From contig JBEGVH010000013.1 in assembly GCA_041178425.1 (NCBI GenBank), positions 1 through 64,000 on the forward strand: a DNA stretch of 64,000 bases, read 5' to 3'. The notes below the pieces were generated by a model. That model saw nothing but the letters and a program-made list of their open reading frames with translations. It was not told the DNA's origin and made no database searches. Below, in pieces: positions 19,342 through 29,176 of this stretch. The position numbers were made by a program, and so were the translations under genes. Within the stretch, counting starts at the first letter, position 1, and every line of letters begins with the position of its first letter. The DNA is from Pseudomonadota bacterium (GTDB lineage: Bacteria > Bdellovibrionota > Bdellovibrionia > Bdellovibrionales > Bdellovibrionaceae).

Positions 19342-20169
19342 TTAATTTTCTTGATTCTCTTGATGCTTGATAGATGTTCTCAGAATAGAGCGCGTTTGCT
19401 GTGCGGCATCCTGACCGCCCAATAAGATTTTGAGTTTATTATGAACCGTTGAATCATTGATCAATGCACCGAGAGTGCCCTCGCCATTTTCAATTTTACC
19501 CAGTATTCTATCGAGTTTATTCATAACGTTTGCAACCTTCGATGGAGATCCCATACTTGACTGGCCTCTAACATCTTGGAGGAGCTTCGTCGCTTCATTT
19601 AACGCTACTGTGAGTTGAGTAAGTGCTTGTTCAGTTTGTGCGGGGATTTTGGCCATTCTGTTTTCCTGCAATAGGCTTTGGGTTATCGCATGAAGATCTT
19701 CCAGGATATCAAAAAGCGTCGTAGCTCTCTCGCCTTTTTCGCTCAACACACTAAGTAGATCCGTATTTGGGGCCGTTGGAAGAACAGATCCCTCCGCTAT
19801 GGGAGCTTTGTCGACTGAACCGGGAACTATGAAAAGAAATTTGTCTCCTAATGCCCCTTGCGTTTTAATCTCTATGGTACTTCCCTCGGTTATTTTTGAC
19901 CGAAACGACTCTTCAAGCTTTAGCGTTAATTCCACAATATTTTTCTGTGGAATAAAATCAATCTTATGGACATTCCCAACTTTAATTCCAGAGAGCGAAA
20001 CAACGCTTCCCTCGGTCAAACCTTGGATCTGTGAAAACTGGGCCTTCAGTTCGAACTGAGGTTTAAAAAGGGCACTGCCTCCGATGAAGAAAATCGACAA
20101 GCAAATTACGATAATCCCCAAGGTGACAAAAATCCCGACTCTTTTTTTATGTTCCCTTGTCGTTTTCAT
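19342..20169 (-). CDS. mlaD: MlaD/MCE family protein
   Basis: N-terminal TM (VGIFV), GL..GS.V.LSGIKVG.V, T.GALGDKFL and GEGTLGALI motifs. Confidence 0.88.
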   Translation of the reverse strand: MKTTREHKKRVGIFVTLGIIVICLSIFFIGGSALFKPQFELKAQFSQIQGLTEGSVVSLSGIKVGNVHKIDFIPQKNIVELTLKLEESFRSKITEGSTIEIKTQGALGDKFLFIVPGSVDKAPIAEGSVLPTAPNTDLLSVLSEKGERATTLFDILEDLHAITQSLLQENRMAKIPAQTEQALTQLTVALNEATKLLQDVRGQSSMGSPSKVANVMNKLDRILGKIENGEGTLGALINDSTVHNKLKILLGGQDAAQQTRSILRTSIKHQENQEN

Positions 20170-20894
20170 TAAAAAGACTCTCCATGAATAAATTTATGCA
20201 TTAAAGCATTGGGAGAATTATAAAATTCTTTAGGTGTCATTTCTTCCACAATTTCTCCTCGCAAAACAAGAGCAAGACGATCGCAGACTTCAAGTGCCAC
20301 GGGCATATCGTGAGTGACTAAGATTGAAGTGACGCCTGTTCCTTTTAGACGGAGTATAAGATCCTGAATTCTCTTTGTATTGAAGGGATCTAATCCTGCG
20401 GTGGGCTCGTCATAGAGCAACACCTCCGGATTCATAATAACAGCTCTAGCGAGTCCAACTCTTTTTTGCATGCCCCCGCTGAGTTGAGATGGCATTATGT
20501 TAAAGCTATCGTAAAGACCGAACTGAGTTAAAGTTGACTGAATTCTGCTGATGATTTCGCTTTCTGAAAGGCTCGTGTGTTCCTTAAGAGCATAAGCGAG
20601 ATTGTCGAAAACATTGAGCGAGTCAAATAAGGCTCCTCCTTGAAAAACGTAGGCCACTTTTTGACGTATTTTAATTAATTCTATCTCGGACAATTGGTTG
20701 ATCGTTTGATCATTAACAACGACGGTTCCGGTATCAGGAGTTTCAAGCCCAATGATGCTTCTTAGAATTACGCTCTTTCCCGTACCTGAACCACCAATGA
20801 GTCCAAGGCATTCCCCTTTTCTGACGTGGAAATTAATGTCTTTGTGTACGATTTTGTTGCCAAATTTTTTTGAAAAGTTACTAACTTTTATCAT
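20169..20894 (-). CDS. mlaF: MlaF-type ABC transporter ATP-binding protein
   Basis: GGSGTGKS, FQGGALFDSL, LSGGMQKRVGLARA and YDEPTAGLDP motifs. Start is probably ATG 20894. Confidence 0.92.
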   Translation of the reverse strand: MIKVSNFSKKFGNKIVHKDINFHVRKGECLGLIGGSGTGKSVILRSIIGLETPDTGTVVVNDQTINQLSEIELIKIRQKVAYVFQGGALFDSLNVFDNLAYALKEHTSLSESEIISRIQSTLTQFGLYDSFNIMPSQLSGGMQKRVGLARAVIMNPEVLLYDEPTAGLDPFNTKRIQDLILRLKGTGVTSILVTHDMPVALEVCDRLALVLRGEIVEEMTPKEFYNSPNALMHKFIHGESF

Positions 20895-20895
20895 G

Positions 20896-21654
20896 TTAGC
20901 CCCACTTTTGTATAATCCAAAAAAGTTTGGAGAGAAAAAAATCACCGATCAAAATTAATATCGATGAGGTGACGACAGCCCTCGTTGTGGCGGTTCCAAC
21001 GCCCGTGGCACCATCTGTGACATTCAATCCATAATAGCAAGAAGGCAAGCTTATGAATAAGGAGAAAAAAATTGCTTTGAAAAAGCCAGTGATATAATCG
21101 GCCATTGAAAGGGTCGAAAGCGTTTTAAGTAAATAGTAATTAGGATCGAGTCCTAGTTCCGTAGAACCAATAATCAACCCTCCAGCCATTCCTACAATAT
21201 TCGCAAAAGCTACGAGAATTGGAATTGATAAAAGGCATGCAATAACTCGAGGAATAACTATTTTTCTAATAGGAGATGTGCCCAATGCTTTAATTGCATC
21301 GATCTGTTGGGTAACGACCATTGAGCCAATTTCTGATGCAATGCCAGCTCCTACACGAGCTGCCATCATGAGGCTGGTAAAAACAGGGCCAATCTCTCGA
21401 ATAATTGTAGCGGCCATTAACTTGGGCACGTAAAGCTTGCCCCCAAACTTTTCTAACCCTAATCCAAATTGGAGAGACATGACCATTCCGATAGAAAGAG
21501 CGGTTAGAAAAATGAGTGGCAATGAACGGATTCCTATTTGGTAAATTTGTTCGGAAATGAGATCGAAGTAATAAGGGCCCCTGCGCAAATCCGAAAAAAC
21601 CTGCATTGCAAGAATTGTAACTCCACCAATAAAAATCCAGAGGGTGTCTGTCAT
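20896..21654 (-). CDS. mlaE: MlaE family ABC permease
   Basis: REIGPV, RVGAGIASEIGSM..TQQIDA, PRVIA and GVG.ATTRAVV motifs. Confidence 0.93.
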   Translation of the reverse strand: MTDTLWIFIGGVTILAMQVFSDLRRGPYYFDLISEQIYQIGIRSLPLIFLTALSIGMVMSLQFGLGLEKFGGKLYVPKLMAATIIREIGPVFTSLMMAARVGAGIASEIGSMVVTQQIDAIKALGTSPIRKIVIPRVIACLLSIPILVAFANIVGMAGGLIIGSTELGLDPNYYLLKTLSTLSMADYITGFFKAIFFSLFISLPSCYYGLNVTDGATGVGTATTRAVVTSSILILIGDFFLSKLFWIIQKWG

Positions 21655-22178
21655 GGTGCCCTAAAGTCTTTCTTAAACTCTTCGAAAACGACTCTGTCTT
21701 TCTCAAATTGATTACTCACACCCGAGTAAGTGAGTTGGTAAAAGCATTTATTTTTATTGAAGACGATGCCTTCCATTGAAACTTTTATTCCATCGATATG
21801 TCCTTTAAACTCTCCCTGAATAGACTCTCTGCCGTTGAAGAAAATAGTACTTTGTTTTGTGCTCTCTATGCGGTCAAAGCCCTTTGCGAGCTCTAAGATT
21901 GATTTTGTGAGTGGGCGATCAGAATGAGCGGTGCAGTCCGTAAAAAGTGCAATCACGTTTCCCGTAGTGTTGCTTTGCCAAGATTTATCGAACTCAGTGT
22001 CCTTAAAAAGAATAAAAGGTTTCTTTGGTTCCTTGAATTCAAGATCATTAGCTTTGAGTGGAGAGGGAGCACTTAAGTTAAGATGAATACAACCAAGCAA
22101 CTGCAATAGGAACAGTGTGATCAAACACTGAGTGGTTGTTCGGTAGAGATGTGGGGCAGAGGATTGTAGCCTAATCAT
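21651..22178 (-). CDS. Putative lipoprotein (possibly PsbP/DcrB-like fold), coupled to mlaE
   Basis: Lipobox-like LLGC, two further Cys, and an ATGA overlap with mlaE. The start is uncertain. Confidence 0.65.
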   Translation of the reverse strand: MIRLQSSAPHLYRTTTQCLITLFLLQLLGCIHLNLSAPSPLKANDLEFKEPKKPFILFKDTEFDKSWQSNTTGNVIALFTDCTAHSDRPLTKSILELAKGFDRIESTKQSTIFFNGRESIQGEFKGHIDGIKVSMEGIVFNKNKCFYQLTYSGVSNQFEKDRVVFEEFKKDFRAP

Positions 22179-22263
22179 ACTACCTATTTCGGAATTAAAT
22201 TGAAAAAAAAGAGTCCATAACGATGGTGGGTTGAGAGGCATTTAAACTCGCCTTTCAACTAGA

Positions 22264-22279
22264 TGGCATCAATTCTGCT
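22264..22279 (+). promoter_or_regulatory. Putative sigma54 promoter of the TPR-flgB...flgE operon
   Basis: TGGCATCAATTCTGCT gives GG-N10-GC, 35 nt before the ATG at 22314. Confidence 0.65.
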
Positions 22280-22313
22280 CATTTGAAGGTGAGAGAAAAA
22301 TGGAGACTTTGTA

Positions 22314-25199
22314 ATGGCCAGACTTAAGTCCTTATGGACTAAAAATTCTCGGAGAAATCGTTATCTTAGTGATCGGGCCTCGAGAGCCTATGACCTAAGT
22401 CGAAGTCATTTCATTGACGCTCTTCCAGCGATAGTATTCGTCCTTTTGACAGTCACTCAATTGTGTTGGGCGCCCCACGTACTTGCTGCTGAAAAAGTAA
22501 CCATGGACCTTAGGGTTGTAGATGGCAATTTTCACATTGAGTTTATGGGAACTGAAGAATGGGATTATGATCTCGATCGTAAAGAACTCGATGGGCGAGA
22601 GTACCTCGAGCTCCGAGTGCCGAGTTTGGCATCTCAAGAGCAACTAAAAAATCTCCCGAAAAATGATGTCGTTGAGTCAATTTTTCTGCAGAAAGTTCCT
22701 GGAGGCAGCAAAGATATTTTGACGATCAATCTTAAATTGAACGCTGTTGAGAGTTTTGATTATTTAACAGAGAAGCCTTCAAGACTAGTGATTGATTTAT
22801 ACCTCACCAAAAAAGCACAGGCTTTAGCCTCTGCAAAACAAGAAAAGAAGAATATTCCTCAGGTAAATCCATCCCGATTGCCAGCAAAGATAGAGGTGCC
22901 ATCATCTACCCAATTGAATGGCCAAAAACTCGAGAGTCCAGCGGTATCTGATCAGGCGAATGAACCAGGCTCGCTTAGTAACCCGATGGCAGGAATTTTT
23001 GATGGTGGCGACCCAACCTTTGAACGCTTTGCCATAAAAGATTACGACATAAAAGAGGCGGCGATTGTTAAGAGTCGAGAAAATCTTTATCTTCCTTTTC
23101 CAATGTTAATTATTGAGGGTGAGCATTTTGAACAGATGAAAAATCAACCCCCGGTTTATGAAATTGAAGCCAAAAATAATGCAGAAAACAAAATGGCCCG
23201 ATTGGTGTTGACCCTCTTCGAGAAAAATCGGTTGGGAGTTTGCTTGAAAACAGCAAACTGGTTTTTAGAAAAATATCCTAATTCTGAATACGAAGAAATT
23301 ATCCGTTTTATGTTAGGCGATATATATTTCAAGATGTGGCAAAATACGGGTAATCGAGTGAACTATGACACAGCCATGCAGGCCTATCGGGAGGCTTCAC
23401 TCAAATATCCAAATTCTATACTTTCGATTCGAACCCAGTTTTTGATGGGGTATTCGGCATATTCGATAAAAGACTATTTTACTTCATTGCAGACGTTTCA
23501 AGGTCTAGTGAATCAGACCAAACCGTCCGAGCTTCGAGATAAAGCTCAAGTTGCAGTCGCTCGATCTTTGATGCGACTCAACCAGGTTGACGAAGCCATT
23601 AAAACTTTCGAACAAATGGAGAAAGAGGGATTTGCGGAGAGCAATAGGGTTGAGGCTCAATATTTGAAGGGTGATATTTACTACTTCAAACAGCAATATG
23701 CGAAAGCCACGGCAGCCTATTTAGCGGCGGCAAAAAAGTATCCAAAATACCTTGGCAATTATCCCAATGCTATCTTCAATCTTGCGGAAAGTTTGTTTTG
23801 GCAAAAACAATATAAAGCGGCGCTCGACTCTTATCGCGCATTTTTATCTCGATTTCCAAATCATCCAAGCGTGCCCTACGCTATGACGAGAGCCGGTGAG
23901 ACTCTTGAAATATTGGGAGCTGAACCGCGTAGGGTGATGGGCGCTTTTCTTGAGTCATACTTTCGATTCGGCGGTACGGAGGGTGCTACGGTTCCAAGGA
24001 TGCGTATTCTCAGCAATAGAATGAAACAAATGAAGGAAAAGGAAGCTGAGCGAGCAATCGAAGAAATTAACAAACTCGCTGAGACATCGACGCTTCCGGG
24101 AATAGATTTATTTGGGAAAATTCTGATTGCCGATGGTTTAAGTTCAAGAGGCGAATATCTTCGCTCAATCGACACACTTTTAAAGTGGTATCAGAACAAT
24201 CCTACTACCGGTGATGCAAAGTTAATAAAACGACGAGTCGAACGGCATGTTAATGAAAAGATGGAAAAAGATTTATCTCAGGGCGACTTTTTTTCTGTTA
24301 TGAAACTTCACAATAAATTCGGTGAACTATGGTTGAAAGGATCAAGTCGAATAGATACTATTTTCAACCTTGGGAGAGCTTTTGAGCTTGCCGGCGCCTA
24401 CAAAGAAGCCGACATCTTGTTCAGGGATACCTTTAACAAATTAGTATCCGCGAAAAATTCCACTCAGGCCATTGAACATTCTGTGTTCGAACGCTTGCCG
24501 AGCACAGACCAAGTATTGTTACGGCTCGCAAAAGTGAAAGCTGAATTAACAGAAGGTGGCAAAGCCTATGACTACATCCGAGAAATTAAGGAACCGCTAA
24601 AATTGTCTGAAGAAGAGCAAATCGAGCGAATGGAAGTAGCCGTTAACTTGTTAAAAGCCCGAGGTGAAATCGACGCCGCGAAAACATATTTAAGAGACCT
24701 TGTCGAAAACTGGAAGGGTCAACCGATGAGAGTGGTTGGTCCAAGGATGACACTTGCAGAACTAGAAACAAATACCAAGAACTTCGATAAAGCAGAAGTT
24801 CTGCTTAAAAATAACCTCAGCGATTTGGAAGATGCGAAAAAAATTCCTTCAGAAGAGCACCTCAGCACCTTGAAACTTCTTAGTGATACTCTTTCTCAAT
24901 CAAATAATTCAAGTGAAAACATTTCTCAATTGAATCAGATGCTTGAACTGTATTCTGAAAATCCCACACTCGATTCCTATAGATTTAGGTTAGGAAAGAT
25001 TTATTTTGATCAAGGGAATCTTCAAAAAGCCAATGAGACATGGAAAATCTTGGAGCAAAAGAAATCAGAATTTTGGTGGGGACTTGCACAGAACTATTTA
25101 AAGGATAACCAATGGCGAGATACCTATCAAAAATACATTAGACGCATTCCTGCGATGGCAAAGTCAAAGGAAGAAGCTGATGTGAAAGGACAGAACTGA
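22314..25199 (+). CDS. Large exported tetratricopeptide-repeat protein heading the flagellar operon
   Basis: Hydrophobic N-terminal segment and repeated TPR helices (A...Y.....KYP, FLSRFPNHP). The stop overlaps the flgB start. Confidence 0.85.
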   Translation: MARLKSLWTKNSRRNRYLSDRASRAYDLSRSHFIDALPAIVFVLLTVTQLCWAPHVLAAEKVTMDLRVVDGNFHIEFMGTEEWDYDLDRKELDGREYLELRVPSLASQEQLKNLPKNDVVESIFLQKVPGGSKDILTINLKLNAVESFDYLTEKPSRLVIDLYLTKKAQALASAKQEKKNIPQVNPSRLPAKIEVPSSTQLNGQKLESPAVSDQANEPGSLSNPMAGIFDGGDPTFERFAIKDYDIKEAAIVKSRENLYLPFPMLIIEGEHFEQMKNQPPVYEIEAKNNAENKMARLVLTLFEKNRLGVCLKTANWFLEKYPNSEYEEIIRFMLGDIYFKMWQNTGNRVNYDTAMQAYREASLKYPNSILSIRTQFLMGYSAYSIKDYFTSLQTFQGLVNQTKPSELRDKAQVAVARSLMRLNQVDEAIKTFEQMEKEGFAESNRVEAQYLKGDIYYFKQQYAKATAAYLAAAKKYPKYLGNYPNAIFNLAESLFWQKQYKAALDSYRAFLSRFPNHPSVPYAMTRAGETLEILGAEPRRVMGAFLESYFRFGGTEGATVPRMRILSNRMKQMKEKEAERAIEEINKLAETSTLPGIDLFGKILIADGLSSRGEYLRSIDTLLKWYQNNPTTGDAKLIKRRVERHVNEKMEKDLSQGDFFSVMKLHNKFGELWLKGSSRIDTIFNLGRAFELAGAYKEADILFRDTFNKLVSAKNSTQAIEHSVFERLPSTDQVLLRLAKVKAELTEGGKAYDYIREIKEPLKLSEEEQIERMEVAVNLLKARGEIDAAKTYLRDLVENWKGQPMRVVGPRMTLAELETNTKNFDKAEVLLKNNLSDLEDAKKIPSEEHLSTLKLLSDTLSQSNNSSENISQLNQMLELYSENPTLDSYRFRLGKIYFDQGNLQKANETWKILEQKKSEFWWGLAQNYLKDNQWRDTYQKYIRRIPAMAKSKEEADVKGQN

Positions 25200-25615
25200 T
25201 GGCTGATATTTTTGATAAAACAACCTTAGGTCTTTCATCTTCCTTGAGGATGAGACAACTACGTCACAACGTAATTTCATCCAACATTGCCAATGCAGAA
25301 ACCCCAAATTATCATGCAAAGAAACTTGATTTCGAGGAGGCCTTGAGCCGAGCCTTGGATGTTGATAATCTTCGTGGTGTGTCCGTGACTCATGGTGATC
25401 ATTTTCCAATAAGTGGCGAGGGTGCTGCCGGTATCCGCCCCGATATTTACGAGAATCCAGAGGGAGCAATAAATAACGACGGAAATACAGTTGACCTTGA
25501 GAGAGAAATGACAGCTCTAACGGAAAATAATTTGTTATATAAAAGTGCGCTTCAGTTAATAAATAAGAAAATGGCGGCACTGAAATATGCGGCGACTGAA
25601 GGCGGAGGTAGATAA
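25199..25615 (+). CDS. flgB: Flagellar basal-body rod protein FlgB
   Basis: SNIANAETPNY and DGNTVDLEREM motifs. Confidence 0.96.
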   Translation: MADIFDKTTLGLSSSLRMRQLRHNVISSNIANAETPNYHAKKLDFEEALSRALDVDNLRGVSVTHGDHFPISGEGAAGIRPDIYENPEGAINNDGNTVDLEREMTALTENNLLYKSALQLINKKMAALKYAATEGGGR

Positions 25616-26058
25616 TGGCTGATTTTCTATCGGGCATGAGAGTTTCTGCAAGTGGGATGGCCGCACAAAGATTGAGAATGAATACCATCTCGAGCAACAT
25701 TGCAAATATTAATACGACACGAACACCGGAGGGCGGCGCTTATCGGCGTAAAGATGTTGTTTTTGAAGCAATGCCTGACGCGAAGAGCTTTGGTGAAATA
25801 GTGATGTCTAGTGATCCGCGACACGATGTTCAAAGGGTTCAGGTTGTTGATGTCGTATCGGATACCAAGGCTCCCATTATGAAATATGAGCCAAATCATC
25901 CAGATGCAAATGAAGAGGGATATGTGGCCTATCCGAATATCAATCATATGGAGGAAATGGCTAATATGATAATGGCAACACGTCTTTATGAAGCTAATAT
26001 TTCGGCGCTTCAAGCAAGCAAAGATATGGCTGCAAGCGCTCTTGAATTGGGTCGTTAA
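25615..26058 (+). CDS. flgC: Flagellar basal-body rod protein FlgC
   Basis: SASGM.AQRLRMN.ISSNIAN, YRRK and YEPNHPDA..GYV.YPN motifs. Confidence 0.97.
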   Translation: MADFLSGMRVSASGMAAQRLRMNTISSNIANINTTRTPEGGAYRRKDVVFEAMPDAKSFGEIVMSSDPRHDVQRVQVVDVVSDTKAPIMKYEPNHPDANEEGYVAYPNINHMEEMANMIMATRLYEANISALQASKDMAASALELGR

Positions 26059-26135
26059 AATAGTTTGAGCCAAAATGAAAATTGGACTCTAAATATCGTT
26101 GAAAGTCTGGTAATCTAAAGGAACGGAGAAAAGCC

Positions 26136-26450
26136 ATGGATGGTTTTAGCGTATCGAATAGTCAAAAGTTTCTAAATACCGGTAGTATCGAATCTCAAAG
26201 GACGCAACTTGGTAGTCAACCAGTTGATGGAAAGAGCTTTGGAGATACGTTAAAAGACGCTATCCAAGAAGTTAATCAGTTACAAAAAGTATCAGATAAA
26301 AAAATGCAAGATTTAGCCACAGGAAAAACGGATAATATTCCGGATGTTATGATTGCGGCTGAAAAAGCCGATATTGCTTTGAAGCTCATGGTGCAGGTTA
26401 GAAGCAAGATTATTGATGCTTATCAAGAGATAATGAAAATGCAGGTTTGA
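26136..26450 (+). CDS. fliE: Flagellar hook-basal body protein FliE
   Basis: SFGDTL...VN..Q and VMIAAEKA......QVRSK...AYQEIMKMQV motifs. Confidence 0.96.
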   Translation: MDGFSVSNSQKFLNTGSIESQRTQLGSQPVDGKSFGDTLKDAIQEVNQLQKVSDKKMQDLATGKTDNIPDVMIAAEKADIALKLMVQVRSKIIDAYQEIMKMQV

Positions 26451-26464
26451 TCTCGGAGGATTGA

Positions 26465-28120
26465 GTGCAGAAATTATTTGGTAGCCTGGTTGGGCAGTTT
26501 AGTGAATTCTACAAGACTCTGAGTCCCACCAAGAGAGTATCTCTCATTGGAGTGCTCCTGATTGGTCTGATAACGGCTGTTGTGGTTACAAGTATGGTCT
26601 CTGGTAAAGACTATGTGCCATTATTCACCAATGTCCCCGCCGATCAAGTCTCTATGATTGTAGGCAAATTACAGGAGAAAAATGTTCCATTTCAAGTTCT
26701 GGAGGGGAGCAATACAATAGTTGTACCAGAACCACTTCTGCACTCGACGCAAATGACTCTCATGGCCGAGATTGGGTCCGAAAAACTAGGAAATGTAGGC
26801 CTCGAGATTTTTGAAAAACAAGATCTCACTGCCAATAGCTATACACAGAAAGTTAATTATCAACGAGCTCTTCAAGGTGAGTTGATGAGAGCTATAAACA
26901 GCCTCAACGCCGTAAAACAATCTAAAGTAATTTTAGCTTTGCCAGCGAAAAAGAATTTTCTGGAGGAATCGAAACCGCCGACGGCGTCTGTAGTGGTGCA
27001 GCTGCATGCCGGAAAAACTCTGAATCAAGACCAAATTCGGGGAATCCGATATCTGGTTTCTAGTGCTGTTGAGGGGTTAGATGCAGATAAGGTGACTGTC
27101 GTCGATGATCGGGGCAAGATTTTATCACGAATGGGAGATCAGGCCTCTGGTGCATCTCAAGAGTTAATAGAACTCAAAAATAAAATCGAAGAAGATATGG
27201 AGTCGAGAATCGATACCATTCTCTCGAAAGTAGTCGGGCAAGCAAAAGTTATTGCGAAAGTTGATGTAACACTCAATAACAAACAAGTTACCAGCGTCGA
27301 GGAAGTGGTAGATGCGGATAAATCAGCTATTCGCTCTGTGACGAGTGAGGAAGAAACTCTTGATGGTAGCCGAACAAATCCCTCAGGAGTACCAGGCTCT
27401 CGTGCAAATCTACCTGGTGCAGAGAATGCTGGCCAAGTCGGCTTTAATCAGAATGTCAAAAAAGAGTTAAAAACTACAAATTATGAAGTCCCTAAGACCG
27501 TCAGAAACATTAGAGAAGGCTCTGGTGGGGTTGAGAGGATTTCTGTTGCAGTACTTGTGGATGGTATTAGTCAGGTAACTAAGAACGCGGATGGAACTTC
27601 TGATACCAAGTGGGTCGCGCGTTCACCAGAAGAATTACAAAAGTATGAGTCTCTTGTAAAAAGTGCTATCGGATTCAATGCCAGTCGCGGCGATGCTGTA
27701 AAAATAGAGAATATTCAGTTTGCAGAGGAAGACTTTACAGAATCTGAACGTTTGATTTCAAACCTTGAGATGAAACGGATTATCCAAGGAATCTTAAAGT
27801 GGGCGATGATGGCTTTCGCTTTCGGTCTTTTCTTCATGATAATTGTGCGTCCATTCATGCAATGGGTCACCGAGAGCTTTCAGGATTCCGTTGATGAGAT
27901 GTTACCTCGAACCATAGAAGAGTTAGAGCAGCTTCAGGGTGTCGACAATACGTTACCGGGCATGACGGCTGCGTTGCCGGTGTTGGAAGATCTGGTGGAT
28001 CCAGATAAAGCAGAGAGCGAGTTATTGAAAGATCGTATATTGAGCATCCTCGAGAAAGACGATGAAAAAGCGTCGAACGCACTCTCGCTTTGGTTGGTAA
28101 GAAAGGATGAAAAGGTATGA
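26465..28120 (+). CDS. fliF: Flagellar MS-ring protein FliF
   Basis: Two TM segments, RALQGELMRAI, PTASV, ISVAVLVDG and AIGFN.SRGD motifs; GTG start. Confidence 0.96.
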   Translation: MQKLFGSLVGQFSEFYKTLSPTKRVSLIGVLLIGLITAVVVTSMVSGKDYVPLFTNVPADQVSMIVGKLQEKNVPFQVLEGSNTIVVPEPLLHSTQMTLMAEIGSEKLGNVGLEIFEKQDLTANSYTQKVNYQRALQGELMRAINSLNAVKQSKVILALPAKKNFLEESKPPTASVVVQLHAGKTLNQDQIRGIRYLVSSAVEGLDADKVTVVDDRGKILSRMGDQASGASQELIELKNKIEEDMESRIDTILSKVVGQAKVIAKVDVTLNNKQVTSVEEVVDADKSAIRSVTSEEETLDGSRTNPSGVPGSRANLPGAENAGQVGFNQNVKKELKTTNYEVPKTVRNIREGSGGVERISVAVLVDGISQVTKNADGTSDTKWVARSPEELQKYESLVKSAIGFNASRGDAVKIENIQFAEEDFTESERLISNLEMKRIIQGILKWAMMAFAFGLFFMIIVRPFMQWVTESFQDSVDEMLPRTIEELEQLQGVDNTLPGMTAALPVLEDLVDPDKAESELLKDRILSILEKDDEKASNALSLWLVRKDEKV

Positions 28121-29154
28121 GTAGAGTCGTCAAAGTAGATAACATTCAATATGAACAACTTAAAGGTTTTGAAAAGGCAGCGATCCTCATCAATTATTTA
28201 GGGCGAAGTGCTGCCACCATGCTTTTTAAGAGAATGGATGACGCTGATATCCGCAAGTTAGTAAATGTTATGTCAAAATTTAGAGTTGTACCCGTACACG
28301 TCACAAAAAAAATTTTGGAAGAATATTATGAGATGGTGAGTGAGTCGGCCGAGTACATTTTTTCAGACCAGATAACTCAAAAAGATAACATTGTGGAAGC
28401 CTTAGGAGAAGAACGGGCTCGAGGAATTTTAGGTGGCCTCAATTCAAATCCTAGTCAGTCTAGAACCCTCGAAAGTTTGGAAATGGTGGATGCAAAATCC
28501 TTAGCTAACTTTCTCACAAGTGAGCACCCACAAACTGTTGCGGTTATTCTCTCGCACCTTGAAGCGGAAAAAAAATCAGAGGTTTTGCGGCGCCTCCCAG
28601 AAAACCTGCAGTCGGAAGTTGTACTGAGAATTGCCAACCTTGAACACGTGGCACCGGAACTTATTGCTGAAGTGGATCGGGTACTCAGGCAAGAATTGGC
28701 CTCCATGAGTACTGTTGAGCAGGCCACCCTTGGTGGTGTTCAGCCTGTGGCTGAGATGCTGAACGTTATGGATAAGAACACAGAAGCATCAATTATGTCG
28801 CGACTCGAAGAGAAAGATCCGATTCTCGCCGAAGAAATTCGAAAGCTCATGTTCGTTTTTGATGACATTATTAAAATCGATGATCGTGGAATTCAGTCTC
28901 TTCTTAAAGAAGTTCCGAATGATAAGCTGCTTCTTGCGCTCAAAACGGCGGGAGAAGACATTAGAACCAAAATATTTAAGAATATCAGTGCTCGTGCGGC
29001 AGAAGCACTAAGGGATGATTTAGCGAGCATGGGGCCGGCAAGATTAAGCGATGTTGAAGGAGCTCAGCAAGAAATTGTGAATGTCGCTAGACGACTCGAG
29101 GCTGAAGGCCGAATTATTATTTCTCGTGGTGGTGGAGACGACGCACTCGTTTAA
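28117..29154 (+). CDS. fliG: Flagellar motor switch protein FliG
   Basis: KAAIL, EHPQ, GG linker, MFVFDDI and DVEGAQ motifs. Confidence 0.97.
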   Translation: MSRVVKVDNIQYEQLKGFEKAAILINYLGRSAATMLFKRMDDADIRKLVNVMSKFRVVPVHVTKKILEEYYEMVSESAEYIFSDQITQKDNIVEALGEERARGILGGLNSNPSQSRTLESLEMVDAKSLANFLTSEHPQTVAVILSHLEAEKKSEVLRRLPENLQSEVVLRIANLEHVAPELIAEVDRVLRQELASMSTVEQATLGGVQPVAEMLNVMDKNTEASIMSRLEEKDPILAEEIRKLMFVFDDIIKIDDRGIQSLLKEVPNDKLLLALKTAGEDIRTKIFKNISARAAEALRDDLASMGPARLSDVEGAQQEIVNVARRLEAEGRIIISRGGGDDALV

Positions 29155-29176
29155 TTTGCAGAGGTAGGGTTTTTCG

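Noticed and set aside
25164..26073. Long antisense ORFs over flgB and flgC (178 aa and 148 aa), and similar shadow ORFs across the window
   Set aside because: They lie opposite or within well-conserved genes, have no recognisable motifs, and are best explained as shadow frames.
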